IMG/VR virus record: IMGVR_UViG_3300031992_000028
Reading direction: 5' to 3' (one strand)
Source: a virus
Taxonomy: Duplodnaviria; Caudoviricetes
DNA length: 64,000 bases
Positions 32,334 to 42,005 of this stretch are shown piece by piece. The notes beneath the pieces are model-generated. The model was not told where the DNA came from and did no database searches. It saw only the letters and a list, made by a program, of their open reading frames with translations. Positions within the stretch are counted from its first letter, which is position 1. Every line of letters begins with the position of its first letter. The position numbers and the translations under genes are program-made.

Positions 32334-32537
32334 ATGAAACCTATGACAGTTAAAAGATTAAAAGAACTTTGTGAAGAACAAATTAAAAAAGGTAATGGAG
32401 ATAAGATTGTTGTCCTAAGTAATGACGATGAAGGTAATGGTTATCACGAATGTTATTACGAGTTTACCGAAGACGTTGCTGGTAATGATTTATGGGGAAG
32501 TATTGAAAACCCACAAAGTAAAATAATTCTTGGTTAG
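32334..32537 (+). CDS. Hypothetical early protein
   Basis: SNDDEGNGY motif; GAGGA RBS. Confidence 0.7.
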   Translation: MKPMTVKRLKELCEEQIKKGNGDKIVVLSNDDEGNGYHECYYEFTEDVAGNDLWGSIENPQSKIILG

Positions 32538-32549
32538 GAGGAACTAATA

Positions 32550-32753
32550 ATGACAAGAGAAGAAAAATATAAGTTAATCGAATTACTCGAAAAACTTAGA
32601 GACGAAAGAATCTTAGAAGTTGCGAAAGACTACGACTTAACCGAAAGAGAAGTCCGTGAAAAGTTATGTAGAGAACCTGAAGAAGTCTATGAGATGGATG
32701 ATGGTGATAACTTACTTAACGGTATTGACATTGTGTTAGGTGTCTTAGAATAA
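32550..32753 (+). CDS. Hypothetical protein
   Basis: AGGAGG RBS. Confidence 0.7.
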   Translation: MTREEKYKLIELLEKLRDERILEVAKDYDLTEREVREKLCREPEEVYEMDDGDNLLNGIDIVLGVLE

Positions 32754-32839
32754 AAAAGTTTAAAGTAGACGTAAAAAAACGTTTACTTTTTCTTTTAAAC
32801 GTGATATAATATTTATAGAATAAAGAGAGGTAAAAAACA

Positions 32840-33292
32840 ATGCAAGGACCAAAAGAAAAATATAATGCTGAAAAAGTATTAGAAAGATTAGAAGCAATGA
32901 TTGAAAGAGGTTGCTCAAGAGAGATTAGACAAGTCTATGATGAACTATCAATCTTCGACTGGTGGCCAGAAAGATTAACTATCACTCACATGAAACAAAT
33001 GAGATCCTTCTTGAGAGAAGCAATCAAGTTAGGTTATACTGGTTATGTTTGCTTTAAAGTCGGTGCTTCTGGTTGCGCTAATGGAATGTGGGCACACAAA
33101 GAAGAAGGTAAGGTAGAAGGTAAAGACGTCTACTCACCAGATGGCGATGCTATCTACAGAAGTTTTACACCTGATTATACTTATTGGTCATTCAATAAGA
33201 ACGGTAAGTGGCTTCCAGATGGTGATACTCGTGGAACATATGACTCACTCAAAACTGCAAAGATGCTTGAAGAAGCACTTGCAAATGCCTAA
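32840..33292 (+). CDS. Hypothetical early protein
   Basis: GAGAGGT RBS; own promoter. Confidence 0.75.
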   Translation: MQGPKEKYNAEKVLERLEAMIERGCSREIRQVYDELSIFDWWPERLTITHMKQMRSFLREAIKLGYTGYVCFKVGASGCANGMWAHKEEGKVEGKDVYSPDGDAIYRSFTPDYTYWSFNKNGKWLPDGDTRGTYDSLKTAKMLEEALANA

Positions 33293-33370
33293 ATAAAAAA
33301 ACTAAAAAGAGGTAAAAAACTATTTACTTCTTTTTTATTTTGTGGTATAATATATGTAGAGGATGAGGAT

Positions 33371-33523
33371 ATGAGATACAACGTTAAAATTAAATTAAAT
33401 AAAGATACTATCTACGAAGTTGAAGTTGAAGCTGATAATGAAAAAGATGCAATGTGCTTCGCTTATGATCAAATGGAAATGGATACTTACGCAGAACCAA
33501 CTATGATTACGGAGGCTAAATAA
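33371..33523 (+). CDS. Hypothetical protein (50 aa)
   Basis: GAGGA RBS; EVEVEADNEKDA motif. Confidence 0.65.
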   Translation: MRYNVKIKLNKDTIYEVEVEADNEKDAMCFAYDQMEMDTYAEPTMITEAK

Positions 33524-33524
33524 A

Positions 33525-33845
33525 ATGAAAGCAAAAAACTATAATCAAGTATTGAGAGCTCGTGGTTATAAAGCGAGAGAGCTTAGCGAGTATGAAGGAA
33601 TTTGTATTTACGAGAAAGTTCATAAGTTTAACAAGATAGTTTGCTATGTTAAAAAAGACTCACATGGCAAAGGTCAAGAAATGACTTTCAATATCTATGG
33701 AACTATGACTACACCAAAAGATATGGTTGAGTTCAAAGAGCAAGAGTTTGATAGAAGTTATCTTGCTAAAGAAGCAAATGCAATTCACGATGCTTTTGAA
33801 AAACTAAAAGAATTAAAAGCCCCTAAACATTTATATTGTTTCTAA
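33525..33845 (+). CDS. Hypothetical protein
   Basis: GGAGG RBS. Confidence 0.7.
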   Translation: MKAKNYNQVLRARGYKARELSEYEGICIYEKVHKFNKIVCYVKKDSHGKGQEMTFNIYGTMTTPKDMVEFKEQEFDRSYLAKEANAIHDAFEKLKELKAPKHLYCF

Positions 33846-33914
33846 AAAATTACATTAGCCCATTTACAAAGTGGGCTTTTTGTGTTATAATATATATGTA
33901 AAGAGGATAAGAAT

Positions 33915-34211
33915 ATGAACTATAAAATTAAACAAATTAAAGACTTAGAAAATTGTGACTATGCTTTCGAGCACTACGATTGGTGCAAAGATAAGATCAA
34001 CTTGAACGACTATGAAGTTGTATATGAAGGCACAGTATCAGAAGAAAATGCTTCTAAAGGCGATAACTATGCTCTTGAAATGTTGTTCACAAAGTTCAAT
34101 ATTGCTCATCCAGAAGACTATAGAGGACACAGCTTATCAGTTTCTGATATTGTAGAACTTGATGGCAAGAACTACTACTGCGATGCATTTGGCTGGGTCG
34201 AATTAAAATAA
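33915..34211 (+). CDS. YodL-domain protein
   Basis: Y..VYEG...LE.LF.KFN..HPEDYRGHSLSVSDIV...YYCD.FG. Confidence 0.85.
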   Translation: MNYKIKQIKDLENCDYAFEHYDWCKDKINLNDYEVVYEGTVSEENASKGDNYALEMLFTKFNIAHPEDYRGHSLSVSDIVELDGKNYYCDAFGWVELK

Positions 34212-34281
34212 AAAAAGTATTTACAAATTAAATAAATAGTGTTATAATATAAATGTAAAGAATAAGAGGTAAATATATTAT

Positions 34282-34560
34282 ATGTCTAAAATTGTTAATC
34301 TTACAAAAGTTCAAGGTTGTTATTCAAAAGAATTAAGAGAAGCAACTTATGGAATTAAGTTATGCTTAAGAGAACCATCTGTTTCACTTCAAGATATGAA
34401 GAATTATGTTGAAGCAGTTATTGACCCAGCAAGTATTGATGCTGAGGCTAAAAAGAGATTTAGAAAAAACCTAAGCGAATGTAAAACAAAACAAGAAGTT
34501 GACCAACTATGTTATGATGCAGTTGTTCACGGAATGTATTATCGTAGAAAAGAAAGTTAA
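34282..34560 (+). CDS. Hypothetical early protein
   Basis: GAGGT RBS; own promoter. Confidence 0.7.
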   Translation: MSKIVNLTKVQGCYSKELREATYGIKLCLREPSVSLQDMKNYVEAVIDPASIDAEAKKRFRKNLSECKTKQEVDQLCYDAVVHGMYYRRKES

Positions 34561-34617
34561 TGAAAACGGCTTAATTTCGCCGTTTTTTTATTGTATAATA
34601 TAATGGAGGGTTATATT

Positions 34618-34833
34618 ATGAAACTCGACGAAGGAAAATTAACCTTAACAGAAACTGAACTCGCTGAAGTTAAAAGAGCAAATATGATGGCAAGTCCAAG
34701 TATTGCTGGTCTTTATTTACGCAGTTTTCTTAAAAATAAAAATTTAGTTGAAAATTTAGAAACACAACCTGATGTAAACTTTTATACTGAATGTATTCAA
34801 GCATACAGAAAAAAGAACTATGAAGTTATTTAG
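34618..34833 (+). CDS. Hypothetical protein
   Basis: GGAGG RBS after TTGTATAAT. Confidence 0.7.
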   Translation: MKLDEGKLTLTETELAEVKRANMMASPSIAGLYLRSFLKNKNLVENLETQPDVNFYTECIQAYRKKNYEVI

Positions 34834-34871
34834 TTGGCTAAATTAATTGCATAAAGGCAGGTGAGAATAGA

Positions 34872-35060
34872 TTGGCTTGTAAAGTTAAACTTAGAGAAGA
34901 CGAAACGACCGATGCTTTATTGGCTAGATTCAAAAGTCTAGTAAAGAAGTCTAACATCTTAGCTGACGTTAGAAAGCATGAGTTCTTCTTAAAGAAAAGT
35001 TTGAAAAGAAAACGTAAGTCTGAAGAGGCTCGTAAGTTAGCAAGAAGAAAGGGCAGATAA
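34872..35060 (+). CDS. rpsU: 30S ribosomal protein bS21 homolog
   Basis: V.LREDE..DALLARFK..V.KSNILADVRKHEFF.KKS.KRKRKSEEAR; preceded by TGGCTAAATTA. Confidence 0.9.
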   Translation: MACKVKLREDETTDALLARFKSLVKKSNILADVRKHEFFLKKSLKRKRKSEEARKLARRKGR

Positions 35061-35104
35061 ATTTCTGCTTTTTTATTTACAAATTTTTAGTATATGTTAT
35101 AATG

Positions 35105-35360
35105 TGATCATGATGAATTTAGTGCAAGATGAAATTTAGTGCGAAAGCTACAGATCAGAAGCTGCTCTTCTGCAGCTGCATCGATCTGTATTCTAGTGTG
35201 AATCACTACAGATCGTGGATACAGATTCATCTGCGATGTACGATCATGTCTAGTGAATCAGGCTACGATGTTGATGAAAACAGTACGATTCCGTGCGCTA
35301 GATAGTGAACAAAAACATGATCTGCAAAGTTTTGTTCGCAATTTCATGTAGTAAACTGTT
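35105..35360. repeat. Non-coding GATC/TAGTG degenerate repeat array B
   Basis: TAGTG at 35120, 35137, 35194, 35251, 35303; CAGAT/GATC-rich. Confidence 0.7.
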
Positions 35361-35416
35361 ACAAAAATTTGCAACAAAACGTTTACATCGAAACACTAAT
35401 GTGATATAATATAAGT

Positions 35417-35713
35417 ATGGAAGTAAAGATAACTAAACTTAACAACTTACAAATATGGCCAACTGGTTTTATTACAGTATCAGCGGTTCATTTTAAATTA
35501 GATGATGAAGATTATTTCTTGCATTACTCTGGCGAAGAATACGAAGACCATTTGACTTTATATAAAGGCAGAAACAAATGTCATCTTACTCGTATTAGTT
35601 CTTGCTATGGAACATTAGATGACTTTATTAAATTCACAAAAAAGCCAAGATGTTTAAAGTATGTTGATACAGAAAACTTTATTGAGAAGTTAAAAGAAAA
35701 ACATTTACTTTAA
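35417..35713 (+). CDS. Hypothetical early protein (leaderless)
   Basis: TTTACA..TATAAT immediately before the ATG. Confidence 0.7.
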   Translation: MEVKITKLNNLQIWPTGFITVSAVHFKLDDEDYFLHYSGEEYEDHLTLYKGRNKCHLTRISSCYGTLDDFIKFTKKPRCLKYVDTENFIEKLKEKHLL

Positions 35714-35755
35714 TTTAAAAGTGTGTTATAATATTAATAGTGAGGTAAGAAAGAA

Positions 35756-36130
35756 ATGATTGATAAACAAACATTAGAAAACTTTAGGCAAGACTTCAAT
35801 GAAGCAATGAAAGATTTAGAAACAAAGTATGGTTTTGTAATCGAACTTGGACGTATCACTTATACAGCAACAAGTTTCACCGGCAAACTCGAAGTCAATG
35901 AAGGTGATAGCAAAGACGACGTTAATGAAAAAGACTTCTATAAGTATTGCTCTATGTATGGCTTAAGTAAAGACGACTATGATAGACGTTTCACTTTCCA
36001 AGGCAATGATTACATTGTAGTTGGCATTAGACCAAGCAAACGCAAATACCCGATTTGTTGCCAGCAAGTTCAAAACGGCACCACTTATGGTTTCACCGCT
36101 GAGTGTGTCAAACGTTGCTTAGGCAAATAA
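35756..36130 (+). CDS. Conserved-looking phage hypothetical protein
   Basis: GAGGT RBS; GIRPSKRKYPI motif. Confidence 0.75.
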   Translation: MIDKQTLENFRQDFNEAMKDLETKYGFVIELGRITYTATSFTGKLEVNEGDSKDDVNEKDFYKYCSMYGLSKDDYDRRFTFQGNDYIVVGIRPSKRKYPICCQQVQNGTTYGFTAECVKRCLGK

Positions 36131-36207
36131 GAGAAGACTAAAACTTCTCTTTTTTATTTACATTGAGTGTGAAACATGGTATAATAATAGTAGGAGAAAA
36201 TATAACT

Positions 36208-36699
36208 ATGAACACTCTTGGAATTGAAAAAGAATACAAGATAATTAAAAAGGTTAGAAGAAAACTTTTGTTAAATGATAAGTTCGTCAACTACCTTCTA
36301 AAACAATTAAATAAAGGCAATTATGTTTATATGACGAGTTCACACTCATATGAGATAATTAGTCGTGAGTTGATTAAAGAACTTATTAAGAAAGCAGAAG
36401 ATAATGATAGATACTGGAACTTAGATTGTTTTGCTCAAGTGGCAGATTATCCTGAATACGAAGGCGTGCCATTTGAAGTTACTCATGCTAGTCCATACGA
36501 TCATCGTTGGCCTGGAGACTATGATGAAGATGCTTATGATGACTGGAAAGTAGATGCGATTAGTTTATCCGATTTACTATACGAAGACACTTGGCAAAGA
36601 GAACCTGTGTATGTAAAGCATCCTGAGATGTTTGACTTTGCTGATGAAGAAGTAATAGTAGAAGATGAAAAGTTAGAAGATACGAATTGTTGGTGGTAA
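36208..36699 (+). CDS. Hypothetical early protein
   Basis: AGGAG RBS. Confidence 0.75.
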   Translation: MNTLGIEKEYKIIKKVRRKLLLNDKFVNYLLKQLNKGNYVYMTSSHSYEIISRELIKELIKKAEDNDRYWNLDCFAQVADYPEYEGVPFEVTHASPYDHRWPGDYDEDAYDDWKVDAISLSDLLYEDTWQREPVYVKHPEMFDFADEEVIVEDEKLEDTNCWW

Positions 36700-36705
36700 A
36701 AGAAT

Positions 36706-36993
36706 ATGAAATACTTTTGGGTAATTGAAACAATTGATAACGAATATAGTTCAAGTTATAAATATATAACTGATAGTAGAGAAGATGCCGAAGCACATAG
36801 AATGGATTACTGTGGTTGGTATTGTCAAACTGGCGATTGTCATATAAAAAAGATCGACCAGAAGTTTCGTGTCGTAGAAGACATTGATTACTGGCGTGGA
36901 GAAGTTTGGGAACACAAAGTAAATGTCTACGATGACAAGGGAGTTTATGTTGACATCAAATACTTAATAAAGAAAGGCAAGAAAGTTAAATAA
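36706..36993 (+). CDS. Hypothetical protein
   Basis: ORF track; in operon. Confidence 0.7.
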   Translation: MKYFWVIETIDNEYSSSYKYITDSREDAEAHRMDYCGWYCQTGDCHIKKIDQKFRVVEDIDYWRGEVWEHKVNVYDDKGVYVDIKYLIKKGKKVK

Positions 36994-37062
36994 ACTATTT
37001 ACTTTTCTTTTAATCCGTGTTATAATATATATGTAAGAAAGAGAAGAGAGGTAAATAAAGTT

Positions 37063-37311
37063 ATGAAAAAAATTAACTGGTTAATGATTGGTATTCTCAT
37101 TGCAATTCCAATTATCTTAATTGGTATCTATGTTGGCGACTACTTTTGGGTTGAAAGTTATAAAGCAGTTCCAGTTTATTACCAACATATCTTCGGAAAT
37201 GATTTAGCAAGATATATTATCTTCGACCATATCTGCTCAGGAATTGTTGTTGGTATTATTACAGTTATTATTGAAGTATTAACTATTATTGAATTCAAAG
37301 TAAAAAAATAA
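37063..37311 (+). CDS. Small membrane protein (2 TM)
   Basis: Two hydrophobic segments; GAGAGGT RBS. Confidence 0.75.
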   Translation: MKKINWLMIGILIAIPIILIGIYVGDYFWVESYKAVPVYYQHIFGNDLARYIIFDHICSGIVVGIITVIIEVLTIIEFKVKK

Positions 37312-37330
37312 TAAGGAAGGTAAATAAACT

Positions 37331-37666
37331 ATGGAAAGAAATGAATTGTTAGATAAGTTCTTCGAAATGAAGTGCAAACAGATGTTATTGAAACTTTGGT
37401 TAATGGCTTTCGCTAAACCAGGTTATGTCGGAAGTGAAGTTGGTCTTTGTATGAAACATATGGAAGTTCAATCAAAGTTAGATAATGTCGAAGACGAAAT
37501 GCTTAAATTACTTCAAGCAAACGAAACCTTCTTCAGAGGTGCCGACTTAGATGGTTATTGCCAAGAATATAAAATCTCTATGGACAGACAAAAAGAAATC
37601 TCTAAAGAAATCTTAGATAGAGAATATACCATTGAAGACTTAATGGATAAAGTCGAAAGGAGATAA
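37331..37666 (+). CDS. Hypothetical protein
   Basis: RBS; in operon. Confidence 0.7.
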   Translation: MERNELLDKFFEMKCKQMLLKLWLMAFAKPGYVGSEVGLCMKHMEVQSKLDNVEDEMLKLLQANETFFRGADLDGYCQEYKISMDRQKEISKEILDREYTIEDLMDKVERR

Positions 37667-37668
37667 GT

Positions 37669-37860
37669 ATGAGAAAGTTATATGCTTTAATTACTTGTCC
37701 TATCTCAGACAATCCAAAGGCAAAAATTATTCAAGTATCTTTTAATAAAGAAGAACTTGAAGAGATTGCAAACTATCTAAATCAATTCCATTACTTCTCA
37801 CCTAATGCGACAGTCAGAGAAGTTGATGAACATGTTTGCGAATGGTATTGGCCTAAATAG
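37669..37860 (+). CDS. Hypothetical protein
   Basis: AGGAG RBS. Confidence 0.7.
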   Translation: MRKLYALITCPISDNPKAKIIQVSFNKEELEEIANYLNQFHYFSPNATVREVDEHVCEWYWPK

Positions 37861-37876
37861 GGGGTAAGAAATAGTT

Positions 37877-38083
37877 ATGGGTTTTACAACAGGTTTTTGG
37901 CTATTTATAGTTGGAATAATATTATATATTGGTTTAACTATCTTAACAGTTGCGATTACAAATAATCGAGAAGATGACACACCTTTATGGGAACCAATAT
38001 TACTTTGTATCTTACTAACACCTGTCTTGGCAATCTTATTAGAGATGTTGAAACCATATAAGATTAAACAAGGAGGGAAATAA
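37877..38083 (+). CDS. Small membrane protein (2 TM)
   Basis: Two hydrophobic segments. Confidence 0.7.
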   Translation: MGFTTGFWLFIVGIILYIGLTILTVAITNNREDDTPLWEPILLCILLTPVLAILLEMLKPYKIKQGGK

Positions 38084-38086
38084 ATA

Positions 38087-38230
38087 ATGTTTACCATATT
38101 CTTAATCATTGCCGCATGGAACTTAAACTTACCACAGTGGCTACAAATATGTCTCACAGTGTTTGGTGTCTTACATATCCTGTTTGGCACGTCTACGAGA
38201 GTCATACATGAATATAGGGAGAGGAAATAA
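38087..38230 (+). CDS. Small membrane protein (47 aa)
   Basis: GGAGG RBS; hydrophobic; terminator follows. Confidence 0.6.
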   Translation: MFTIFLIIAAWNLNLPQWLQICLTVFGVLHILFGTSTRVIHEYRERK

Positions 38231-38284
38231 AACCTCTTCTTTTTTTATTTACACAGTAAGAAGAACATGCTATAACATAAGCTC

Positions 38285-38612
38285 AGATAAATTCATCTCA
38301 CACTAGAATGGCAGATCTATCCGGCAGATCAGATCAGCTGCATCGGATTTAGCTTTACTAGAAGATTGACATACATGATCAGATCACTGTATCCGGATTT
38401 TCGTCCACTAGAAATACAGGTAGAGATGCTGTGACATACGGTAACACAGATGTTACATACAGATGCTTCACACTAGAATACAGATGAATCTGCGATCAGG
38501 ATACAGATGAATACAGCTGAATTCGCACTAGGAATACAGGATCAGGATATAGCATCGGTAGCTAGATCTGTAGCTTATTTACTAGCATCGGATACTGCAT
38601 CTAGCTGATCTA
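38285..38612. repeat. Non-coding GATC/CACTAG degenerate repeat array C (opposite orientation to A and B)
   Basis: YACTAG at 38301, 38356, 38406, 38471, 38526, 38580; about 9 GATC; ATACAGATG repeats. Confidence 0.75.
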
Positions 38613-38888
38613 ATAGCTTATAATACACTAGAAATAGGCCTCTGTACCTGGCTTCAAAAACACTACCCCCTGGGCGGGGGGGGCGCCCTTTTTCACCTTT
38701 TTAGCTTTCAATAAGAAAGGCCAAAAATTTTTCGCGCGCGCACACGTAATAATAAAAAGAAAGAGTAGCAAAATGAGTTGCAATAAAAATATCTGCACGA
38801 AAGTTGCAATATAAGAAGCAAAGAGTTGCAGTTTGAGCAATAATTTTTATTTTCACTGTATAATATAGCATAGAGGTAAATAATTTAT

Positions 38889-39407
38889 ATGGTTAAAGAC
38901 AAAATTTTAAAAAATGCTGCTGAAGCAGGTGCTGACCTATCTGTATTTCATGAGCCAGATAGAAAGTGGAAGAATTACTATATAGAAGATGAAGAGAATA
39001 ATTTATTATTCTTAGTTCCATCTTATTTATTCTATGGTGTTATAGTCTTAGATTTAGATATTGCAAGAAAAGCAACATTTACTACTTCAGATGGTGCTAT
39101 TCATAAACTTAGTGATTATGCTTGGGGATTATCTTCTACTTCAAGAAAGAGTTGCTATCCAAAAGTAGCTGTTATTGATCGAAAAATTAAATGTGGTAGA
39201 ACTACAATATTATTGAATTCAGTTATTTTAAATAATGCAAAGCAAGAAGATGGAGTATTAGATAGATATAGCTTTGATAATATAAATGGTAATAAACTTG
39301 ATAATCGTCTTTGTAACCTTCGTTTCGGCACTACAAAAAATAATAATGATACAAGATATGAGCAAAAAGTTCCAGAGATAAAATATCCATTTAAAGTTTG
39401 GTTTTAA
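38889..39407 (+). CDS. HNH endonuclease-like protein, probably degenerate
   Basis: DNINGNKLDNRLCNLR, with Asn where DHINGNKLDN normally has His. Confidence 0.65.
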   Translation: MVKDKILKNAAEAGADLSVFHEPDRKWKNYYIEDEENNLLFLVPSYLFYGVIVLDLDIARKATFTTSDGAIHKLSDYAWGLSSTSRKSCYPKVAVIDRKIKCGRTTILLNSVILNNAKQEDGVLDRYSFDNINGNKLDNRLCNLRFGTTKNNNDTRYEQKVPEIKYPFKVWF

Positions 39408-39435
39408 GTAAGCTATTAAAATAGCTTACTTTTTA

Positions 39436-39449
39436 TTTTGCTAAATTAT
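39436..39449 (+). promoter_or_regulatory. Putative late promoter
   Basis: TTTTGCTAAATTAT 5 nt before the ATG (leaderless). Confidence 0.7.
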
Positions 39450-39454
39450 ACAGT

Positions 39455-41191
39455 ATGAACATATTAGAAGCTTATAATATTCTTAATACTTTATATGAAG
39501 ATTATTCTGATGGCTATCTTGAAATTGCAAAGCCAATTAATTTAAAAGATTGCAGAGAGATAGTTTCAGATGTTTTAGATATTCGTAATGAATTAGAAGC
39601 CAGCGCTTGTTTAGACTATAATGGAGTATTAACCAGAGTTGCAGCAAAAGTACTTATTTTTAGAGACGGCTTAGAAGGAAAAGAAGTATTGCTTAGACTT
39701 TGAAGAACTGCCGTTTATTTACCTGGCGGCGGTTTTGATCTTAAAAAAGATAATTATAATATAGTCAATACCGTTAAACGTGAAGTAGAAGAAGAAATAA
39801 ACTTAGTCATAGATAATATTAGACCAACTAGCTTTAACTATTGAAGATATGATAATAAAGCTTGAGTTAGCAACCATGTAGAAAAAGAAGAAGATAGATG
39901 GCTAGGTTATTATAATTATTTATTTACCGCTGATTATAAAACCACTGGAGACAATGATTTGCCTGAAGAAGCTGGAAGATACAGATGGCATAAAGTTTCT
40001 GATATTTTAGCTAGGCCAGACACAAAAGAACTTGCTTGCATTAAAAAAGCTATCATTGAGAATGGTTATGCAGATTTAAATGAGGGTTTATTGACTGAAG
40101 GCAAATCAGTCGGTTCAGTGAGCTATTTTGTTCATGATACTAAAGGACAACCAGCTATTACTGGCTTAGCCAAGATTTTAACTTCAGAAACTATTTTGGC
40201 TTCAACAGAAAGTGATAGTTCAAAGTATATTTCTACGTCAAGAGATTTAATGTCGCATGCTGGATCAACTTGAAAATGTGGTCTTATTTTAGATGGAGAC
40301 AAGATTTCAAATAGATATAAAGTCAATCCAATAAATAAAAATAGTATGATTTATTTTGGGCTGACAGCTGATAGCACAAAACAATTACAGTTACGAGCTA
40401 TTTCTAAATATGTTGCAGATGATAACCCAGAGTTATGCTTTTATTGCATTGATTTAAATGGCAGTCGTTTCTTTACTGAAATTTCAGAACAAACATATAA
40501 TATCTTTAAAGATATTATGTTAGCTTTTAATGCCCAACTTGCCGTTCAAAATCAAGAACCTGGAAAGGGTGGATTAGATAAATATAAAGGGAGAACAAAC
40601 AGCGATGTTAAAAAATATTCTGATCAGCATCCTGTTAGATATAATCGTCATATAATGCCTGATAAGCTTCCAGCAGACAAACGAGATCATGCCTGACATT
40701 GTGTTGAGTCATGTGGGTACAATGTTGAAAACTCTAACCTAGTTTTAAAGTTATCTGAATTGGGCAATTATAAAGATTTAATTTTTGAAAAACATGGTAT
40801 TGATATAACTACAGCTGAATTTTTCAGACAATTTGCAGGACAATATGTAGATGAATCAGAAGAACGTATTGTTGCAAAATTAATTAAAGATGTAGACAAA
40901 CTTGGAGAAGTAGTAGAGGGAGATACTGATATTTATGGTTTAAATATTTCCGGGTGTATTCAGGCAATTTTAATTAATATTAAGCATAAACCGGCCTTTG
41001 AAAATACTAACAGTGAAAAGCTTCCAAAATTAGCTGATGATAACGGAAATATTACAACTAAGGTTGATAATATTCCAAATATTAGACAGATAGCTAAAAT
41101 AATAAAAGACTATGCAAAACGTCATTCTATTCCAATAATTTTTTGAAATAATACTACTACAAATAATGATATACTGAAACAAGTAAACTAA
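39455..41191 (+). CDS. 578-aa Nudix hydrolase fused to an ADP-ribosyltransferase-like domain (TGA=Trp)
   Basis: Six TGA join four same-frame fragments. Nudix box PGGG...TVKREVEEEINL. Then YFVH...YISTSR...LDGDKISNRYKV...ESEER. Confidence 0.7.
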
Positions 41192-41250
41192 GCAGAATTA
41201 AAACTTCTGCTTTTTATTACTATGGCTATAAAAATATTGTATAATATAAT

Positions 41251-41454
41251 ATGGAAAATAATATGGAAGAATTGTTAAATATTGAATTTACAGAAGACTA
41301 TAAAGAGCAATTATTGAGCATTATAAAACGTTCTATGATGCCCGGTAATACTAGTATTTCTACTGCAGAGGCATCAATGCTATTTCATTGGAAACGTCAT
41401 GAAAATGACCCTGCATATAGTTTTGTTCCAGAAGAGTACAGAGGTTATAAATAA
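41251..41454 (+). CDS. Hypothetical protein
   Basis: Follows TTGTATAAT; leaderless. Confidence 0.65.
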   Translation: MENNMEELLNIEFTEDYKEQLLSIIKRSMMPGNTSISTAEASMLFHWKRHENDPAYSFVPEEYRGYK

Positions 41455-41455
41455 T

Positions 41456-41725
41456 ATGCCAGGAAGTAATTTTGAAAAGGATATAGCATTAGCTATTACA
41501 AGACAAACAGAGATTGTTAAACAACAAGTATTACTAGAATTAATTACTATTGCATGTAATTGTGATGATTTTAATCAATTTAAAAAAGTCTTATATGCAA
41601 GAGCTTTGGGCTTTATGAAAGAATTTGAAGATCAAGGTATGTTAAAGCCTGGTACAACCGAAAAAGTTGCTAAGGGTGAACAGATGTCTGATTCAGATTT
41701 AAACATTAAAAATAAGGGGAAATAA
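41456..41725 (+). CDS. Hypothetical protein
   Basis: GAGGT RBS. Confidence 0.7.
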   Translation: MPGSNFEKDIALAITRQTEIVKQQVLLELITIACNCDDFNQFKKVLYARALGFMKEFEDQGMLKPGTTEKVAKGEQMSDSDLNIKNKGK

Positions 41726-41730
41726 TGTAA

Positions 41731-41973
41731 ATGGAGTTTAAGGATACTTTACGACAAAATATTGACTGGATTGAGTATTATGCTGCCATTCAGAATTCTG
41801 AGTATGATGAGCCAATTTCTGAAGACATTCGTTTAAAAACATTAATAGATGGAATTTTAGCATTTATTGTTAATGACGAAGAAACAGCTGAAAAAACATC
41901 TTATATTAAAAAAATTAAAGCAGCTAAAAAACGTGAGTCAGTATTAAAAATAACTCATAAAATTATTGATTAA
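41731..41973 (+). CDS. Hypothetical protein
   Basis: RBS; terminator follows. Confidence 0.7.
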   Translation: MEFKDTLRQNIDWIEYYAAIQNSEYDEPISEDIRLKTLIDGILAFIVNDEETAEKTSYIKKIKAAKKRESVLKITHKIID

Positions 41974-42005
41974 TCAAGAGAAGATTGAAAGACATCTTCT
42001 TTTCT

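Noticed and set aside
38285-38612. CRISPR array
   Set aside because: The period is CRISPR-like, but the conserved unit is only 5-8 bp, the fillers share words with each other, and no cas genes are present.
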